Assembly (NCBI RefSeq): GCF_902713615.1
Contig: NC_052152.1
Location: forward strand, 41,391,810 to 41,455,809
Direction: 5' to 3'
DNA length: 64,000 nt
From: Scyliorhinus canicula
Lineage: Eukaryota
Made by a program: the position numbers and the translations under genes. The notes beneath the pieces are model-generated. The model worked only from the letters and a program-made list of their open reading frames with translations, searched no databases and was not told the origin of the DNA. How positions within the stretch are numbered: position 1 is the stretch's first letter; every line of letters starts with the position of its first letter. Below, in pieces: positions 24,075-38,000 of this stretch.

Positions 24075-25060
24075 TTAAAAATGTAATTTATGGAACGTGG
24101 GTGTCACTGGCTAAACCAGCATTTATTGCCTATCCCTAGTTACTCTTCAGAAGGTGGATGGTGAGTTGCGTCCTTGAACTGTTGCAGTCCCTGAGGTGTA
24201 GGTACATCCACTGTGCTGTTAGGGAAGCCCAATTCCAGCATTTTGACCCAGCAACAGTGAAGGAATGGCAATACATTTCCAAGTCAGGATGCTGAGTGAC
24301 TTGGAGGGGAACCGACAGGTGGTTGTGTTCCCAGTTATCTGTTGCTTTTGTCCGACTAGATGATAACAGTCATGGATTTCAAAGGTGCTGCCTCAGGAAC
24401 GTGATTTCCTGCAGTGCATCTTTTAAATGGTAAATGCTGCTGCTGCTACTGATCATCGGTAGTGGAGCAATTGAATGTTTGTGGAAGGGAGAGCTGTCAA
24501 GCAGGCTGCTTTGTCCTGAATGGTGTCAAGCTTCTTTAGTATTGTTGGATCTGCACTCACCCAGACAAGTGAAGAATATTCTATTGGACTCCTGTATTGT
24601 GCCTTGTAGATAGTGGACAGGCTTAGGAGGGTCAGGAGGTGAGTTCCTTTGACCTGCTCTGGTAGCAACAATATTTATTTGGAAAGTCCAGTTCAGTTTC
24701 TGATCAATGGTAACCCCCAGGCTCCTGATAGTGGGGGATCCAGCAATGGTAATGCCATTGAATGTCAAGGGGTGATGGTTAGATCTTCTTGTGTTGGAGA
24801 TGGTCATTGTCTGGCACTTGTGTGGCACAAATCTTACTTACCACTTGTCAGCCCAAGCCTGGATATTGTCTCCCCAGACACTGAAGCAGTTTGCGAATGG
24901 TGCTGAACATTGTGCAATCATCTGCAAACATTCCCATTTCTGATGTTATGATGGAAGGAAGGAATTAATGAAGCAGCTGAAGACTGTTAGGCCCAGGGCA
25001 CTGCCTACAGTGATTATTAGAGCTGAGATGATTGACCTCCATCCATCACAACCATCTTCC
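24075..25060 (-). mobile_element. Family C LINE 3' fragment
   Basis: LSTIYKAQYRSPIEYSSLVWVSADPTILKKLDTIQDKAA RT tail plus the shared 3' UTR. Confidence 0.85.
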
Positions 25061-25082
25061 TCACTATTGCATTAATTTCCTC

Positions 25083-25292
25083 TTTATTTATTTTAACATT
25101 TTTCCAATTAAGGGGCAATTTAGTGTGGCTAATACAACTACACTGCACATCTTTGGGCTGTGGGGGTGAGACCCACACAGGCATGGGGAGAATGTGCAAA
25201 CTCCAGATGGGCAGTCACCCGGGGCCTGGTTCGTAGCCGGGTCTTCGGCACCGTGAGGCAGCAGTGATAGCCACTGCGTCACCATGCCACCC
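25083..25292 (-). mobile_element. HE1-type V-SINE (short-tail subfamily)
   Basis: tRNA head, V domain and A-rich tail. Confidence 0.9.
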
Positions 25293-25520
25293 AATTTCCT
25301 CTTTAACCAGCAGTGCAACCCCACTGCTTTTTGATTTTTATCTGTGCTTCCTAAAGACTGAATACCCTTGGAGGTTCAATTCCCATCCTTGGTCACCCTG
25401 CATCCATGTGTCTCTGTAAGCCCAACTATATCATACACGTTTGCATCTATTTGCACAATTAATTCATCCACTTTATTGCGAATGCTTTGTGCATTAAGGC
25501 ACAGAGCCTTGAGGCTTGTC

Positions 25521-25746
25521 TTTTTTTTTTAATTTTAGAGTACCCAATTCATTTTTTCCAATTAAGGGGTAATTTAGTGTGGCCAATCCACCAACCTGCA
25601 CATCTTTGGGTTGTGGGGGCAAAACCCACGCAAACACGGGGAGAATGTGCAAACTCCACACGGACAGTGACCCAGGAACGGGATCGAACCTGGGACCTTG
25701 GTGCCATGAGGCAGCGGTGGTAACCACTGCACCACCGTGCTGCCCC
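25521..25746 (-). mobile_element. HE1-type V-SINE (short-tail subfamily)
   Basis: Same structure; flanked by duplicated cttgtcttttt. Confidence 0.9.
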
Positions 25747-26070
25747 GAGTCTTGTCTTTTTAATATTCCTTGTCCCATTTCCATTATTTTTCATCTGGCC
25801 CTGTTGCTTCTAACCCTTGATTTATCTGCCTGTCATCTTTCCTTTTCATCTTTCTGTCTTTTGTCCTTGTCCATATTTCCCCCTCCTCTGACACCTTGCA
25901 TAGGTTCCCATCCCCCTGCCATTTATATTCAAACTCACCCCAACCACTCTAGCAAATTCTCTGCTAGGGCATCAGTCGCAGTCCTGCCCAGGTGTAACCC
26001 ATCCAATTTTCACTGTTTCCATCTCCCCCCCAGATCTGAAACCCTCTCATACCATCTCTTCAGCCACACA

Positions 26071-26251
26071 GGAGCTGGTTTAGCACATGGCTAAACCGCT
26101 GGCTTTGAAAGCAGACCAAGCACAGTGGCAAGCATGGTTTGATTCCCATACCAGCCTCCCTGAACAGGTGCCGGAATGTGGTGATTAGGGGCTTTTCACA
26201 GTAACTTCATTGAAGCCTAATTGTGACAATAAGCGATTTCTTCTTCTTCTT
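26071..26251 (+). mobile_element. Short SINE family B, full length
   Basis: gctggtttagcaca head and (cttctt)n tail. Confidence 0.9.
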
Positions 26252-28163
26252 ATATTGATCTGATATATCCTACTATGTCTGCTCTAACTAGCACGTGGCA
26301 CTGGTAGTAACCCTGATATCACTACCATTAAGGTCTTTTCAACTTGCTCCCTAAGTCCCGATGTTCTGCTTATAGGACATCATCCTGTTTTTTTTCTTAC
26401 CATGTCTCTGTTGGTAGAGTTGAGAAATCGCAAAGGTAAAAAGACCCTGATGGGAGTTATGTACAGGCTATCTAGCAGTAGTCAGGATGTGGGGAAGAAA
26501 ATAAATCAGGAGATAGAAAAGGCATGTAAAAAGGCAACATTAAGAATAGTCGGGTGGCCAAGAATCAGGGGAAAATGGACGGGAATCGGGGGAAGGTAGC
26601 CGGGGGGGGAGGGCTACGGGTTCGTTATGGGGGTTTGTTTGCATGATTTTACGCTTATTTATTTTTCTTGTTAATTTATTGTTTTTGTATTGGAGGGGAG
26701 GGGTTACTGTTTTTCTCTGTTGTGATAAAATTTGTTGTTGAAAAGTTGAATAAAAATTATTCCAAACAAAATGGAAGGACAAAGTCGCAAGCGACAGTCT
26801 GATGGCAAGCTAAGGCCCAAAACCAAATTGTAAATAAATGCCTATAAACATGTGCCTCGGCCATATTGGGGAATGTAAAATATGTATGCCGGTTAAAGGG
26901 GGCGGCCACAGTTGTTATTATGAAGATGCTTACCTTCTTTAGGGACTTCTACGAGGAACTGTACCGGTCAGAACCTCCGATGGGGAGAGGTGGGATGGAG
27001 AGCTTCATGAACAGGCTACGGTTCCCAAGGGTTCAAGAGGAGCTGGTAGAGGGGCTGGGGGCGCCGATAGAGTTGGAGGAGCTAGTCAGGGGGATTGGAC
27101 AAATGCAGTCAGGTAAGGCGCCGGGGCCGGACGGGTTCCCGGTGGAATTTTATAAAAAGTATGCGGATCTGGTGGGCCCCCTGTTGGTGCGAGCTTTCAA
27201 TGAGGCATGGGAGGGGGGGGGGGGGCTTTGCCCCCGACGATGTCACGGGCACTGATCTCTCTGATCCTAAAGCGGGATAAGGACCCCTTGCAGTGTGGAT
27301 CATACAGGCCTATCTCGCTCCTCAATGTTGACGCTAAGTTGCTGGCGAAGATCCTGGCCACCAGGATAGAGGACTGTGTGCCAGGGGTGATACACGAGGA
27401 TCAGACAGGATTTGTCAAGGGACGGCAGCTCAACACGAATGTGCGGAGACTGCTAAATGTTATTATGATGCCGGCAGTGGAGGGGGAGGCGGAGACAGTG
27501 GTGGCGCTGGATGCGGAGAAAGCGTTTGATAAAGTTGAGTGGGGGTACCTGTGGGAGGTGCTGGAGCGGTTCGGATTCGGGGAGGGATTCATCAAATGGG
27601 TGAGGCTGCTCTACGCGGCTCCGATGGCAAGTGTAGTTACCAATGAAAGGAGATCGGAGTACTTTAGGCTCTACCGTGGGACCAGGCAGGGGTGCCCCCC
27701 TTGCTCTTTGCACTGGCGATTGAACCTTTGGCTATGGCGTTGAGGGAGTCAGGGAGATGGAGGGGTCTGGTGCGGGGTGGGGAGGAACATCGTGTATCGC
27801 TGTACGCGGACGACCTGCTGTTGCATGTGGCGGACCCAGAAGGGGGAATGCAGGGGGTGATGGAGCTGTTAGCGGAATTTGGGGGCTTCTCGGGCTATAA
27901 GTTAAATTTAGGCAAGAGTGAGGTATTTGTAGTACACCCGGGTGATCAGGAGGAGGGAATTGGGAGACTCCCATTTAAGAGGGCAGTGAAGAGTTTCAGA
28001 TACCTGGGGGTGCAGGTGGCCAGGAGTTGGGGGACTGTCCATAAGCTTAATTTTACCAGGCTGGTGGAGCAGATGGAGGAGGAATTTAAAAGGTGGGACA
28101 TGGTGCCGCTATCGTTGGCGGGTAGAGTGCAGTCCGTCAAAATGACGGTTCTCCCGAGGTTCT

Positions 28164-30507
28164 AGATAGATAGATAGAGAAATACAGCACAGAACAGGCC
28201 CTTCGGCCCACGATGTTGCGCCGAACTTTTGTCCTAGGTTAATCATAGAATTTTGGACAATTTGTCATGGCCAATCCACCCAACCTGCACATCTTTGGAC
28301 TGTGGGAGGAAACCGGAGTACCCGGAGGAAACCCACGCAGTCACGGGGAGGATGTGCAGACTCCACACAGACAGTGACCCAAGTCGAAATCGAACTTGGG
28401 ACCCTGGAGCTGTGAAGCAATTGTGCTATCCACAATGCTACCGTGCTGCCCTTAAGAAGTTAACCTACACTCCCTTATTCTACCCTAATCCAAGTACCTA
28501 TCCAATAGCCGCTTGAAGGTCCATAAATTTTCCGACTCAACTACTACCACAGGCAGTGCATTCCATGCCCCCACTACTCTCTGGGTAAAGAACCTACCTC
28601 TGACATCCCCTCTATATCTTCCACCATTTATCTTAAATTTATGTCCCCTTGTAATGGTGTGTTCCACCCGGGGAAAAAGTCTCTGACTATCTACTCTATC
28701 TATTCCCCTGATCATCTTATAAACCTCTATCAAGTCGCCCCTCATCCTTCTCCGTTCCAATGAGAAAAGGCCCAGCACCCTCAATCTTTCCTCGTATGAC
28801 CTACTCTCCATTCCAGGCAACATCCTGGTAAATCTCCTCTGCACCTTTTCCAAAGCTTCCACATCCTTCCTAAAATGAGGTGACCAGAACTGCACACAGT
28901 ACTCCAAATGTGGCCTGACCAAGGTTTTGTACAGCTGCATCATCACCTCACGGCTCTTAAATTCAATCCCTCTGCTAATGAACGCTAGCACACCATAGGC
29001 CTTCTTCACAGCTCTATCCACTTGAGTGGCAACTTTCAAAGAACAATGAACATAGACCCCAAGATCTCTCTGCTCCTCCACATTGCCAAGAACCCTACCA
29101 TTAACCCTGTATTCCGCATTCAGATTTGTCCTTCCAAAATGGACAACCTCACACTTGTCAGGGTTAAACTCCATCTGCCACTTCTCAGCCCAGCTCTGCA
29201 TTCTATCTATGTCTCTTTGAAGCCGACAACAGCCCTCCTCACTATCCACAACTCCACCAATCTTCGTATCATCTGCAAATTTACTGACCCACCCTTCAAC
29301 TCCCTCATCCAAGTCGTTAATGAAAATCACAAACAGCAGAGGACCCAGAACTGATCCCTGCGGTACGCCACTGATAACTGGGCTCCAGGCTGAATATTTG
29401 CCATCCACCACAACTCTCTGTCTTCTATCGGTTAGCCAGTTTGTTATCCAACTGGCCAAATTTCCCACTATCCCATGCCTCCTTACTTTCTGCATAAGCC
29501 TACCATGGGGAACCTTATCAAATGCCTTACTAAAATCCATGTACACTACATCCACTGCTTTACCTTCATCCACATGCTTGGTCACCTCCTCAAAGAATTC
29601 AATAAGACTTGTAAGGTAAGACCTACCCCTCACAAATCCGTGCTGACTATCCCTAATCAAGCAATGCCTTTCCAGATGCTCAGAAATCCTATCCCTCAGT
29701 ACCCTTTCCATTACTTTGCCTACCACCGAAGTAAGACTAACTGGCCTGTAATTCCCAGGGTTATCCCTATTCCCTTTTTTGAACAGGGGCACGACATTCG
29801 CCACTCTCCAATCCTCTGGTACCACCCCTGTTGACAGCGAGGACGAAAAGATCATTGCCAACGGCTCTGCAATTTCATTTCTTGCTTCCCATAGAATCCT
29901 TGGATATATCCCGTCAGGCCCGGGGGACTTGTCTATCCTCAAGTTTTTCAAAACGCGCAACACATCTTCCTTCCTGACAAGTATCTCCTCAAGCTTATCA
30001 GTCTGCTTCACGCTGTCCTCTCCAACAATATGGCCCCCCTCATTTGTAAATACTGAAGAAAAATACTTGTTCAAGACCTCTCCTATCTCTTCAGACTCAA
30101 TACACAATCTCCCGCTACTGTCCTTAATCGGACCTACTCTCACTCTAGTCATTCTCATATTTCTCACGTATGTGTAAAAGGCCTTGGGGTTTTCCTTGAT
30201 CCTACCCGCCAAAGATTTTTCATGCCCTCTCTTAGCTCTCCTAATCCCTTTCTTCAGTTCCCTCCTGGCTATCTTGTATCCCTCCAGCGCCCTGTCTGAA
30301 CCTTGTTTCTTCAGCCTTACATAAGTCTCCTTCTTCCTCTTAACAAGACATTCAACCTCACTTGTCAACCATGGTTCCCTCACTCGACCATCTCTTCCCT
30401 GCCTGACAGGGACATACATATCAAAGACACGCAGTACCTGATCCTTGAACAAGTTCCACATTTCACTTGTGTCCTTCCCTGACAGCCTATGTTCCCAACT
30501 TCTGAAC
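28164..30507 (-). mobile_element. Young 5'-truncated CR1 LINE with an intact 658-aa RT C-terminal ORF (28485-30461)
   Basis: Uninterrupted ORF with GVPQGSVLGP and FADD; (tcta)n tail; ttct junction homology in the L1. Confidence 0.97.
28243..28451 (-). mobile_element. HE1-type V-SINE inserted in the CR1 3' tail
   Basis: Flanked by TTAA on both sides. Confidence 0.92.
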
Positions 30508-32274
30508 TTCTTGTTCCTTTTTCAGTGTTTGCCCATCTTTATCCCTAGGGCCTTTTTTAGAAGGGTTACCAGCAGCATCATGAGCTTTGTTTGGGCGCAT
30601 GGGACCCCGAGGGTGAAGAGGGTCTTCTTGGAGCGGGGTAGAGATGGGGAGGGGCTGGCGTTACCCAATCTCTCGGGGTATTATTGGGCGGCCAATGTGT
30701 CAATGGTGCGCAAGTGGGTAATGGAGGGGGAGGGGGCAGCATGGAAACGGATGGAGAGGGCGTCCTGTGGAGATACAAGCCTGGGGGCCCTGGTAACGGC
30801 GCCGTGGCCGCTCCCTCCTACGAGGTATACCACGAGTCCGGTGGTGGCTGCTACCCTCAAGATTTGGGGGCAGTGGAGGCGACATAGGGGAGAAGAGGGG
30901 GGCTCAATGGAGGCTCCGTTAAGGGGGAACCATAGGTTCGTCCCCGGGAACATTGATGGGGGATTTCAGGGTTGGTACAGAGCGGGCATCAGACAGCTGA
31001 GGGACCTGTTTATTGATGGGAGGTTTGCGAGCCTGGGGGAGTTGGAGGAGAAATTTGGGCTCCCCCCGGGGAACATGTTCAGGTATCTGCAGGTAAAGGC
31101 ATTTGCTAGACGGCAGGTGGAGGGATTCCCTTCGCTTCCCGCGAGGGGGGTGAGCGACAGGGTGCTTTCGGGGGTCTGGGTCGGAGAGGGGAAGATATCT
31201 GATATCTACAAGGTTATGCAGGAGGCGGAGGAGGCGTCAGTAGAGGAGCTGAAAGCTAAGTGGGAGGGGGAACTGGGGGAACAGATCGAAGACGGGACAT
31301 GGGCTGATGCCCTGGAGAGGGTTAATTCTTCCTCCTCGTGTGCGCGGCTTAGCCTCATCCAATTCAAGGTGCTGCACCGGGCCCACATGACTGGGACAAG
31401 GATGAGTAGGTTCTTTGGGGGTGAAGACAGGTGTGTCAGGTGCTCGGGGAGTCCAGCGAACCATGCCCATATGTTTTGGGCATGCCCGGCGCTGGAGGAG
31501 TTCTGGAAGGGGGTGGCGAGGACAGTGTCGAGGGTGGTGGGATCCAGGGTCAAGCCAGGATGGGGACTCGCGATTTTTGGGGTTGGGGTGGAGCCGGGAG
31601 TGCAGGAGGCGAAAGAGGCCGGTGTGCTGGCCTTTGCGTCCCTAGTAGCCCGGCGGAGGATCTTGCTACAATGGAAGGATGCGAGGCCCCCAAGCGTGGA
31701 GACCTGGATCAATGACATGGCGGGTTTCATTAAGCTAGAGAAGGTCAAATTCGCCCTGAGAGGGTCGGTACAAGGGTTCTTTAGGCGGTGGCAACCTTTT
31801 CTCGACTTTCTGGCTCAACGATAGGGTACGGGGACAGTAGCAGCAGCAACCCGGGGGGGAAGGGGGAGGGAAAAGGTGGGGGAGGGAAAAGGTGAGGGAG
31901 GGAAAAGGTGGGGGGGGGGGGGGGGGGCGGACGATGACTATGTTTGTTTATTTAATTTAAATTTATTTTGAAGTTCTTTTGTTCATTGGGGGTGGGAGGG
32001 TGGGGGATGGGATACATGCGTCGATATTGTCTGGGGGTGGTACAGTTATTATGGGTTATTTTGTTGCATTTCATTGTTTGTCATTATGTTTTATATTTTC
32101 TGTAAAAAATTCCAATAAAAATTATATTTAAAAAAATATGAAGATGCTTACCTGTAAATATACATGTTAATTTTTGCGTGTTTTTTTCTCCTAATAATTA
32201 GTAATTTGTTGGATATAAAGTATGAAAACTCAATAAAAAACATTTCCAAAAAAAAAGCAACATTACAATAATCT

Positions 32275-32437
32275 GGGCTGGTTTAGCTCAGTGGGCTAAA
32301 CAGCTGTCTTACAATGTAGGACAATGCCAGCAGCGCGGGTACAATTCCCGTACCGGCCTCCCCGAACAGGCACTGGAATGTGGTGACTAAGGGCTTTTCA
32401 CAGTAACTTCATTGAAGCCTACTTGTGACAATAAGCA

Positions 32438-32467
<30 letters not shown>
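32275..32467 (+). mobile_element. Short SINE family B with (ATT)n tail
   Basis: Full head and tail; TSD aataatc. Confidence 0.92.
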
Positions 32468-32470
<3 letters not shown>

Positions 32471-32631
32471 AATCGTGGGGGACTTCAATATGCAGGTGGA
32501 TTGGTAAAATCAGGTTGGTTGTGGATCCCAAGAAAAGGAATTTGTGGAATGTCGAAGAGATGTTTTTTTTAGAGCAGCTTGTGACAGAGCCTACTAGGGA
32601 ACAGGCAATTCTGGATTTGGTGATGTGTAAT

Positions 32632-33655
32632 AAGAACATAAGAACTAGGAGCAGGAGTAGGCTATCTGGCCCCTCGAGCCTGCTCCGCCATTCAATGAGA
32701 TCATGACTGATCTTTTGTGGACTCAGCTCCACTTTCCGGCCCGAACACCATAACCCTTAATCCCTTCATTCTTCAAAAAACTATCTATCTCTATCTTAAA
32801 AACATTTAATGAAGGAGCCTCAACTGCTTCACTGGGCAAGGAATTCCATAGATTCACAACCTTTTGGGTGAAGAAGTTCCTCCTAAACTCAGTCCTAAAT
32901 CTACTTCCCCTTATTTTGAGGCTATGTCCCCTAGTTCTGCTGTCACCCGCCAGTGGAAACAACCTGCCCACATCTATCCTATCTATTCCCTTCATAATTT
33001 TATATGTTTCTATAAGATCCCCCCTCATCCTTCTAAATTCCAACGAGTACAGTCCCAGTCTACTCAACCTCTCCTTGTAACCCAACCCCTTCAGCTCTGG
33101 GATTAACCTAGTGAATCTCCTCTGCACACCCTCCAGCTCCAGTACGTCCTTTCTCAGGTAAGGAGACCAAAATTGAACACAATACTCCAGATGTGGCCTC
33201 ACTAACACCTTATACAATTGCAGCATAACCTCCCTAGTCTTAAACTTCATCCCTCTAGCAATGAAGGACAAAATTCCATTTGCCTTCTTAATCACCTTTT
33301 GCACCTGCAAACCAACTTTTTGCGACTCATGCACGAGCACACCCAGGTCTCTCTGCACAGCAGCATGTTTTAATATTTTATCTTTTAAATAATAATCCCT
33401 TTTGCTGTTATTCCTACCAAAATGGATAACCTCACATTTGTCAACATTGTATTCCATCTGCCAGACCCGAGCCCATTCACTTAACCTATCCAAATCCCTC
33501 TGCAGACTTCCGGTATCCTCTGCACGTTTTGCTTTACCACTCATCTTAGTGTCGTCTGCAAACTTGGACACGTTGCACTTGGTCCCCAACTCCAAATCAT
33601 CTATGTAAATTGTGAACAATTGTGTGCCCAACACTGATCCCTGAGGTTCACCAGG
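32632..33655 (-). mobile_element. CR1 LINE 3' fragment, RT C-terminus open
   Basis: ORF 32723-33781 (PQGSVLG, FADD, LEYCVQFWSP) with (ttcttatg)n tail. Confidence 0.95.
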
Positions 33656-35624
33656 CAGGGACACCTGAGGGACATCCCTGAGGCAGACTTGTTTAGGGAA
33701 CTTAAGGTGGAGGAACCCTTTGGGAGCAGTGACCACAATATGATAGAATGTACCCTGCAGTTTGAGAGGGAGAAACTGCAATCAGATGTAGCAGTATTAC
33801 AATTAAATCAGGGTAACTGCAAAGACATGAGGAAGGAGCTGGCCAGAGTTGATTGGGAAAGGAGCCTAGCAGGGAAGACAGTGGAACAGCAATGGCAGGA
33901 GTTTTGGGGGGTTATTAGGGAGGCACAACAGAAATTCATCCCAAGGAGGAGGAAACATGCTAAGGGAAGGTCAAGGCATCCATGGCTGATGAGGGATGTC
34001 AAGGACAGCATAAAAGCTAAAGAAAAAATGTGGCGAGGATTAGTGGGAAGCCAGAGTATTGGGAAGCCTTTAAATGCGAACGGAGGACAACTAAAAAAAT
34101 CAGTAAGGGGGGCGAAGATGAAGTGTGAGTCCAAGCTAGCTAGTAATGTAAAGGACGAAAGGAAGAGATTTTTTTAATATATAAAAGGTAAGAGAGAGGC
34201 AAAAATAGACATTGGACCACTGGAAAATTTAGCTGGAGAAGTAATAATCGGAAACAAAGAAATGGCAGATGAACTGAATAGTTACTTTGCATCAGTCTTC
34301 ACGGTGGAAGACACCAATGGGATGCCAGAGCTCCAGGAGAACCAAGGGGCAGAGGTGAGAGCAGTGACCATTACTAAGGAGAAGGTTCTGGGGAAACTGA
34401 AAGGTCTGAAGGTGGATAAGTCACCTGGAACCGATGTACTGCACCCCAGGGTCCTAAAAGTGATAGCGGAGGAAATTGTGGAGGCATTGGTGATGATCTT
34501 TCAGAATCACTGGAAGGGTCCCAGGGGACTGGAAAGTGGCAAATGTAACACCACTGTTTAAGAAAGGAGGGAGGCAGAAGATGGGAAATTATAGGCTGGT
34601 TAGCCTGACTTCGGTCTCTGGTAAGATTTTAGAGTCTGTTATTAAAAATGAGATCGCAGAGTACTTGGAAGTACATGGTAAAATAGGACTGAGTCAGCAC
34701 AGCTTTGTCCAAGGGAGGTTGTGCCTGACAAATCTGTAAGAGTTCTTTGAGGAGGTAACAAGGAAGTTAGACAATGGAGAACCAGTGAACGTAATTTATT
34801 TAAATTTCCAGAAGGCCTTTGACAAAGTGCCGCATAGGAGACTGTTAAATAAGTTAAAAGCCCATGTGTTTAGGGTAAGATTCTGGCATGGATAAAGGAT
34901 TGGCTGACTGGTAGAAGGCACAGAGAGTGGGGATAAAGGGGTCTTTTTCGGGATGGCAGCCGGTGACTAGTGGTGTGCCCCAGGGGTCTGTGCTGGGACC
35001 ACAACTTCTCACAATATACATTAATGATCTAGAAGGAACTGAAGGCACTGTTGCTAAATTTGCAGATGATACGAAGATCTATAGAGGGACAGGTAGTATT
35101 GAGGAAACAAGGGGGCTGCAGAAGGATTTGAACAAGCTAGGAGAGTGGGCAATGAAGTGGCAAATGAAATACAATGTGGAAAAGCGTGAGGTTATGCACT
35201 TTGGAAGGAGGAATTTAGCCATAGACTATTTTCTAAATGGGGAAATGCTTAGGAAATCAGAAGCACAAAGGGACTTAGGCGTCCTTGTTCACGATTCTCT
35301 TAAGGATAATGTGCAGGTTCAGTCGACAGTTAAGGAGGCAAATGTAATGTTAGCATTCATGTCAAGAGGACCAGAATACAAGACCAGAGAGGTACTTCTG
35401 AGGCTATATAAGGCTCCGATCAGACCCCGTTTGGAGTATTCTGAGCAGTTTTGGGCCCCATATCTAAGGAAGGATGTGCTGGCCTTGGAAAGGGCCCAGA
35501 GGAGGTTCACAAGAATGATCCTGGAATGAAGAACTTGTCGTATGAGGAACGGTTGAGGACTCTGGGTCTGTACTCATTGGAGTTTAGAAGGATGAGGGGG
35601 GGATGCTGGAGTTTAGAAGGATGA

Positions 35625-35801
35625 GGGACTGGTTTAGCACAGTGGGCTAAACAGTTGGCTTGTAATGCAGAACAATGCCAGCAGTGCGGGTTCAATTCCC
35701 GTACCAGCCTCCCCGAACAGGCACCGGAATGTGGCGACTCGGGGCTTTTCACAGTAACTTCATTGAAGCCTACTCGTGACAATAAACTATTATTATTATT
35801 A
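35625..35801 (+). mobile_element. Short SINE family B
   Basis: Full head and (ATT)n tail inside the CR1. Confidence 0.92.
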
Positions 35802-36169
35802 TCTTATTGAAACTTACGACATACTGCGAGGCCTGGATAGAGTGGACGTGGAGAGGATGTTTCCACTTGTAGGTAAACTAGAACCAGAGGACACCATCTC
35901 ACATTAAAAGGACGATCCTTTAAAACAGAGATGAGGAGGAATTTCTTCAGCCAGAGGGTGGTGAATCTTTGCTGCAGAAGGCTGTGGAGGCCAAATCACT
36001 GAGTGTCTTTAAGACAGAGATAGATAGGTTCTTGATTAATAAGGAGATCAGGGGTTATGGGGAGAAGGCAGGAGAATGGGGATGAGTAAATATCAGTCAT
36101 GATTGAATGGCGGAGCAGACTCGATGGGCCGAGTGGCCTAATTCTGCTCCTATGTCTTATAGTCTTATG

Positions 36170-37040
36170 TTGTTTGTACCAATGTGTGCCAGGTCCACTA
36201 GCTGTTCACCCTCCCCCTCCAGTGTCCTGTAGCTGCTCTGAGACATCCTTGACCCTCGCACCAGGGAGGCAACACACCACCCTTGAGTCTTATTTGCGGC
36301 CACAGAAACGCCTATCTTTTCACTTTACAATTGAATCCCCTTTGTCTAATGCACACCCACAATTTTTACACCTCCCATATGCAGCAGAGCCAACAATGGA
36401 GCAATTAATTGGGCTGTTGCTTCCTTGCGGAGTTTGCACATTATCCCTATCTCTGCGTGGCCACACTAAATTGCCCCTTAATTGGGGGAAAAAAATGAAA
36501 TGGATACTTTAAATTTGAAAAAAAAAATTGGCTGCTGCTGCTTTTTCCTAAGAGGCCATTCATTCCAACAGTATCCCAAGCTTTGTCAGGGGAATGACCA
36601 CAGGAGATTCCTGCACTGCCTGCTGGTCCTCTTGCTCTGCCTGCTGGTTACCCATTCCCTTCCTGCCTGTAGAGCAATCTGTGGTGTGACCACTTCTCTA
36701 TATGTGCTATGTTACACCAGATGCCACTCTATCTCTGAAACGCTGGATTCCAGCATCTTCAGCTGGAATCACTTCCTGCACAGATGCTGGCCCCAGGACA
36801 GGAAATGTTCTTGGTTTCCCGCATAGGGTAGGAGTATGCCACGGCTTTGAACGCTCCTGCCACGATTTACCCCTTTAAATTAAACCTTTCGGAAGATACT
36901 TAAAATCAAATAATATCAACTATCTAGGGCCCTTCCTCCCTTGTCCTTGTTCCTCCAGAATTTAGCCCTTACACACTCAAGGCCACAAAATATAGACCTT
37001 ACAATCTATAAGCGATAAAAGTACTAAATACTTTAAAATA
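36170..37040 (-). mobile_element. CR1 5' region (ORF1-like) fragment with a partial HE1 tail at about 36440-36528
   Basis: cctcgcaccagggaggcaacac..cagaaacgcctatct segment typical of shark CR1 ORF1 (from recall). Confidence 0.55.
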
Positions 37041-37044
37041 TATA

Positions 37045-38000
37045 TATTTTATGGGATGCTGCCGGCGCTGGTTAGGCCAGCTTTTATTGCCTATCAGCAG
37101 TTGCTCTTCAGAAGGTGGGGGTGAGTGGTCTTCTTGAACCGCTACAGTGCCTGAGGTGTAGGTACACCCACAGTGCTGTTAGGGAGGGGCTTCCAGGATT
37201 TTGACTCAGCGACGATGAAGGAACAGCAATATATTTCCAAGTCGGGTGGTGTGTGACTTGGAGGGGAACCTCCAGGTAATGGGGTTCCCACGTATCTGCT
37301 GCTCTTGTCCTTCTATATGGTAGCGGTTGTGGGTTTGGAAGTGCTGCGTAAAGAATCGTGATGATTTCCTGCAGTGCATCTTGTAGATAGTACACATGGC
37401 TGCTACTGCTGTTGGTTGTGGAGGGATTGAATGTTTGTGGAAGGGGGAGCAATCAAGCGGGCTGCTTTGTCCTGGATGCTATCGAGCTTCTTGAATGTTG
37501 TTGGAGCTGCACTCATCCAGGCAAGTGGAGAGTATTCCATTACAGTCCTGACTTGCGCCTTGTGGACAGGCTTTGGGGAGTCAGGAGGTGAGTTACTTGC
37601 TGTAGGATTCCTAGCCTTTGACCTGCTCTGCTAGCCACAATATTAATATTGCTAGTCCAGTTGTTTCTGATCAATGGTAACCCCCAAGATGTTGATGTGA
37701 GGAATTTGATGATGGTGATGCCATTGAATGTCAAGGGCGATGATTAGATCCCTCTCCTGTAGGAGATGGTCATTGCCTGGCACTTGTGTGGCGCGAATGT
37801 AACTTGCTACTTGTAAGCCCAACTCTGGATATTGTCCAGGTCTTGCTGCATTTGGACATGGACTGCTTCATTATCTGAGGAATCATGGATGGTGCTGAAC
37901 ATGGTGCAGTCATGTGTCAGCATCCCCACTTCTGACCTTCTGATGGAAGGGAGGTCATTGATGAAGGAGCTGTAGATGGTTAGACCTATGACACTTACCT
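37045..38000 (-). mobile_element. Family C LINE 3' fragment
   Basis: Homologous to 24075-25060; FINDLPSI..DCTMFS..QQDLDNIQ. Confidence 0.85.

Larger units (their letters stand above)
23215..26040 (-). mobile_element. CR1 LINE fragments (EN to RT region), split by a family-C LINE and two SINEs
   Basis: KLLGLKADKSPGPDNLHPKLLKE and GPLGMSNHHII segments at 23215-24070, 25330-25520 and 25750-26040. Confidence 0.8.
26936..32136 (+). mobile_element. 5'-truncated L1 (ORF2 RT and C-terminus), split by a CR1
   Basis: KAPGPDGFPVEFYKK, YRPISLLNVDAKLL, GTRQG, YADD, ORF to 31824; AATAAA/A tail; 17-bp TSD tatgaagatgcttacct (26919-26935 and 32137-32153). Confidence 0.95.
26543..32256 (+). mobile_element. 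L1-type 3' UTR fragment(s) (26543-26935 and 32137-32256) inserted in the CR1
   Basis: Poly-A end; flanked by duplicated aaaa(g)gcaacatta. Confidence 0.7.
26405..36168 (+). mobile_element. Host CR1 LINE (EN through RT and 3' tail) fragmented by nested insertions
   Basis: EN piece KACKK|NITI..GDFNMQVDW; ORF pieces 33689-35529; 3' tail gtcttatagtcttatg at 36150-36168. Confidence 0.85.

Noticed and set aside
28485-30461. 658-aa ORF as a host gene
   Set aside because: It is a CR1 reverse-transcriptase C-terminus with a LINE tail, inserted inside an L1.
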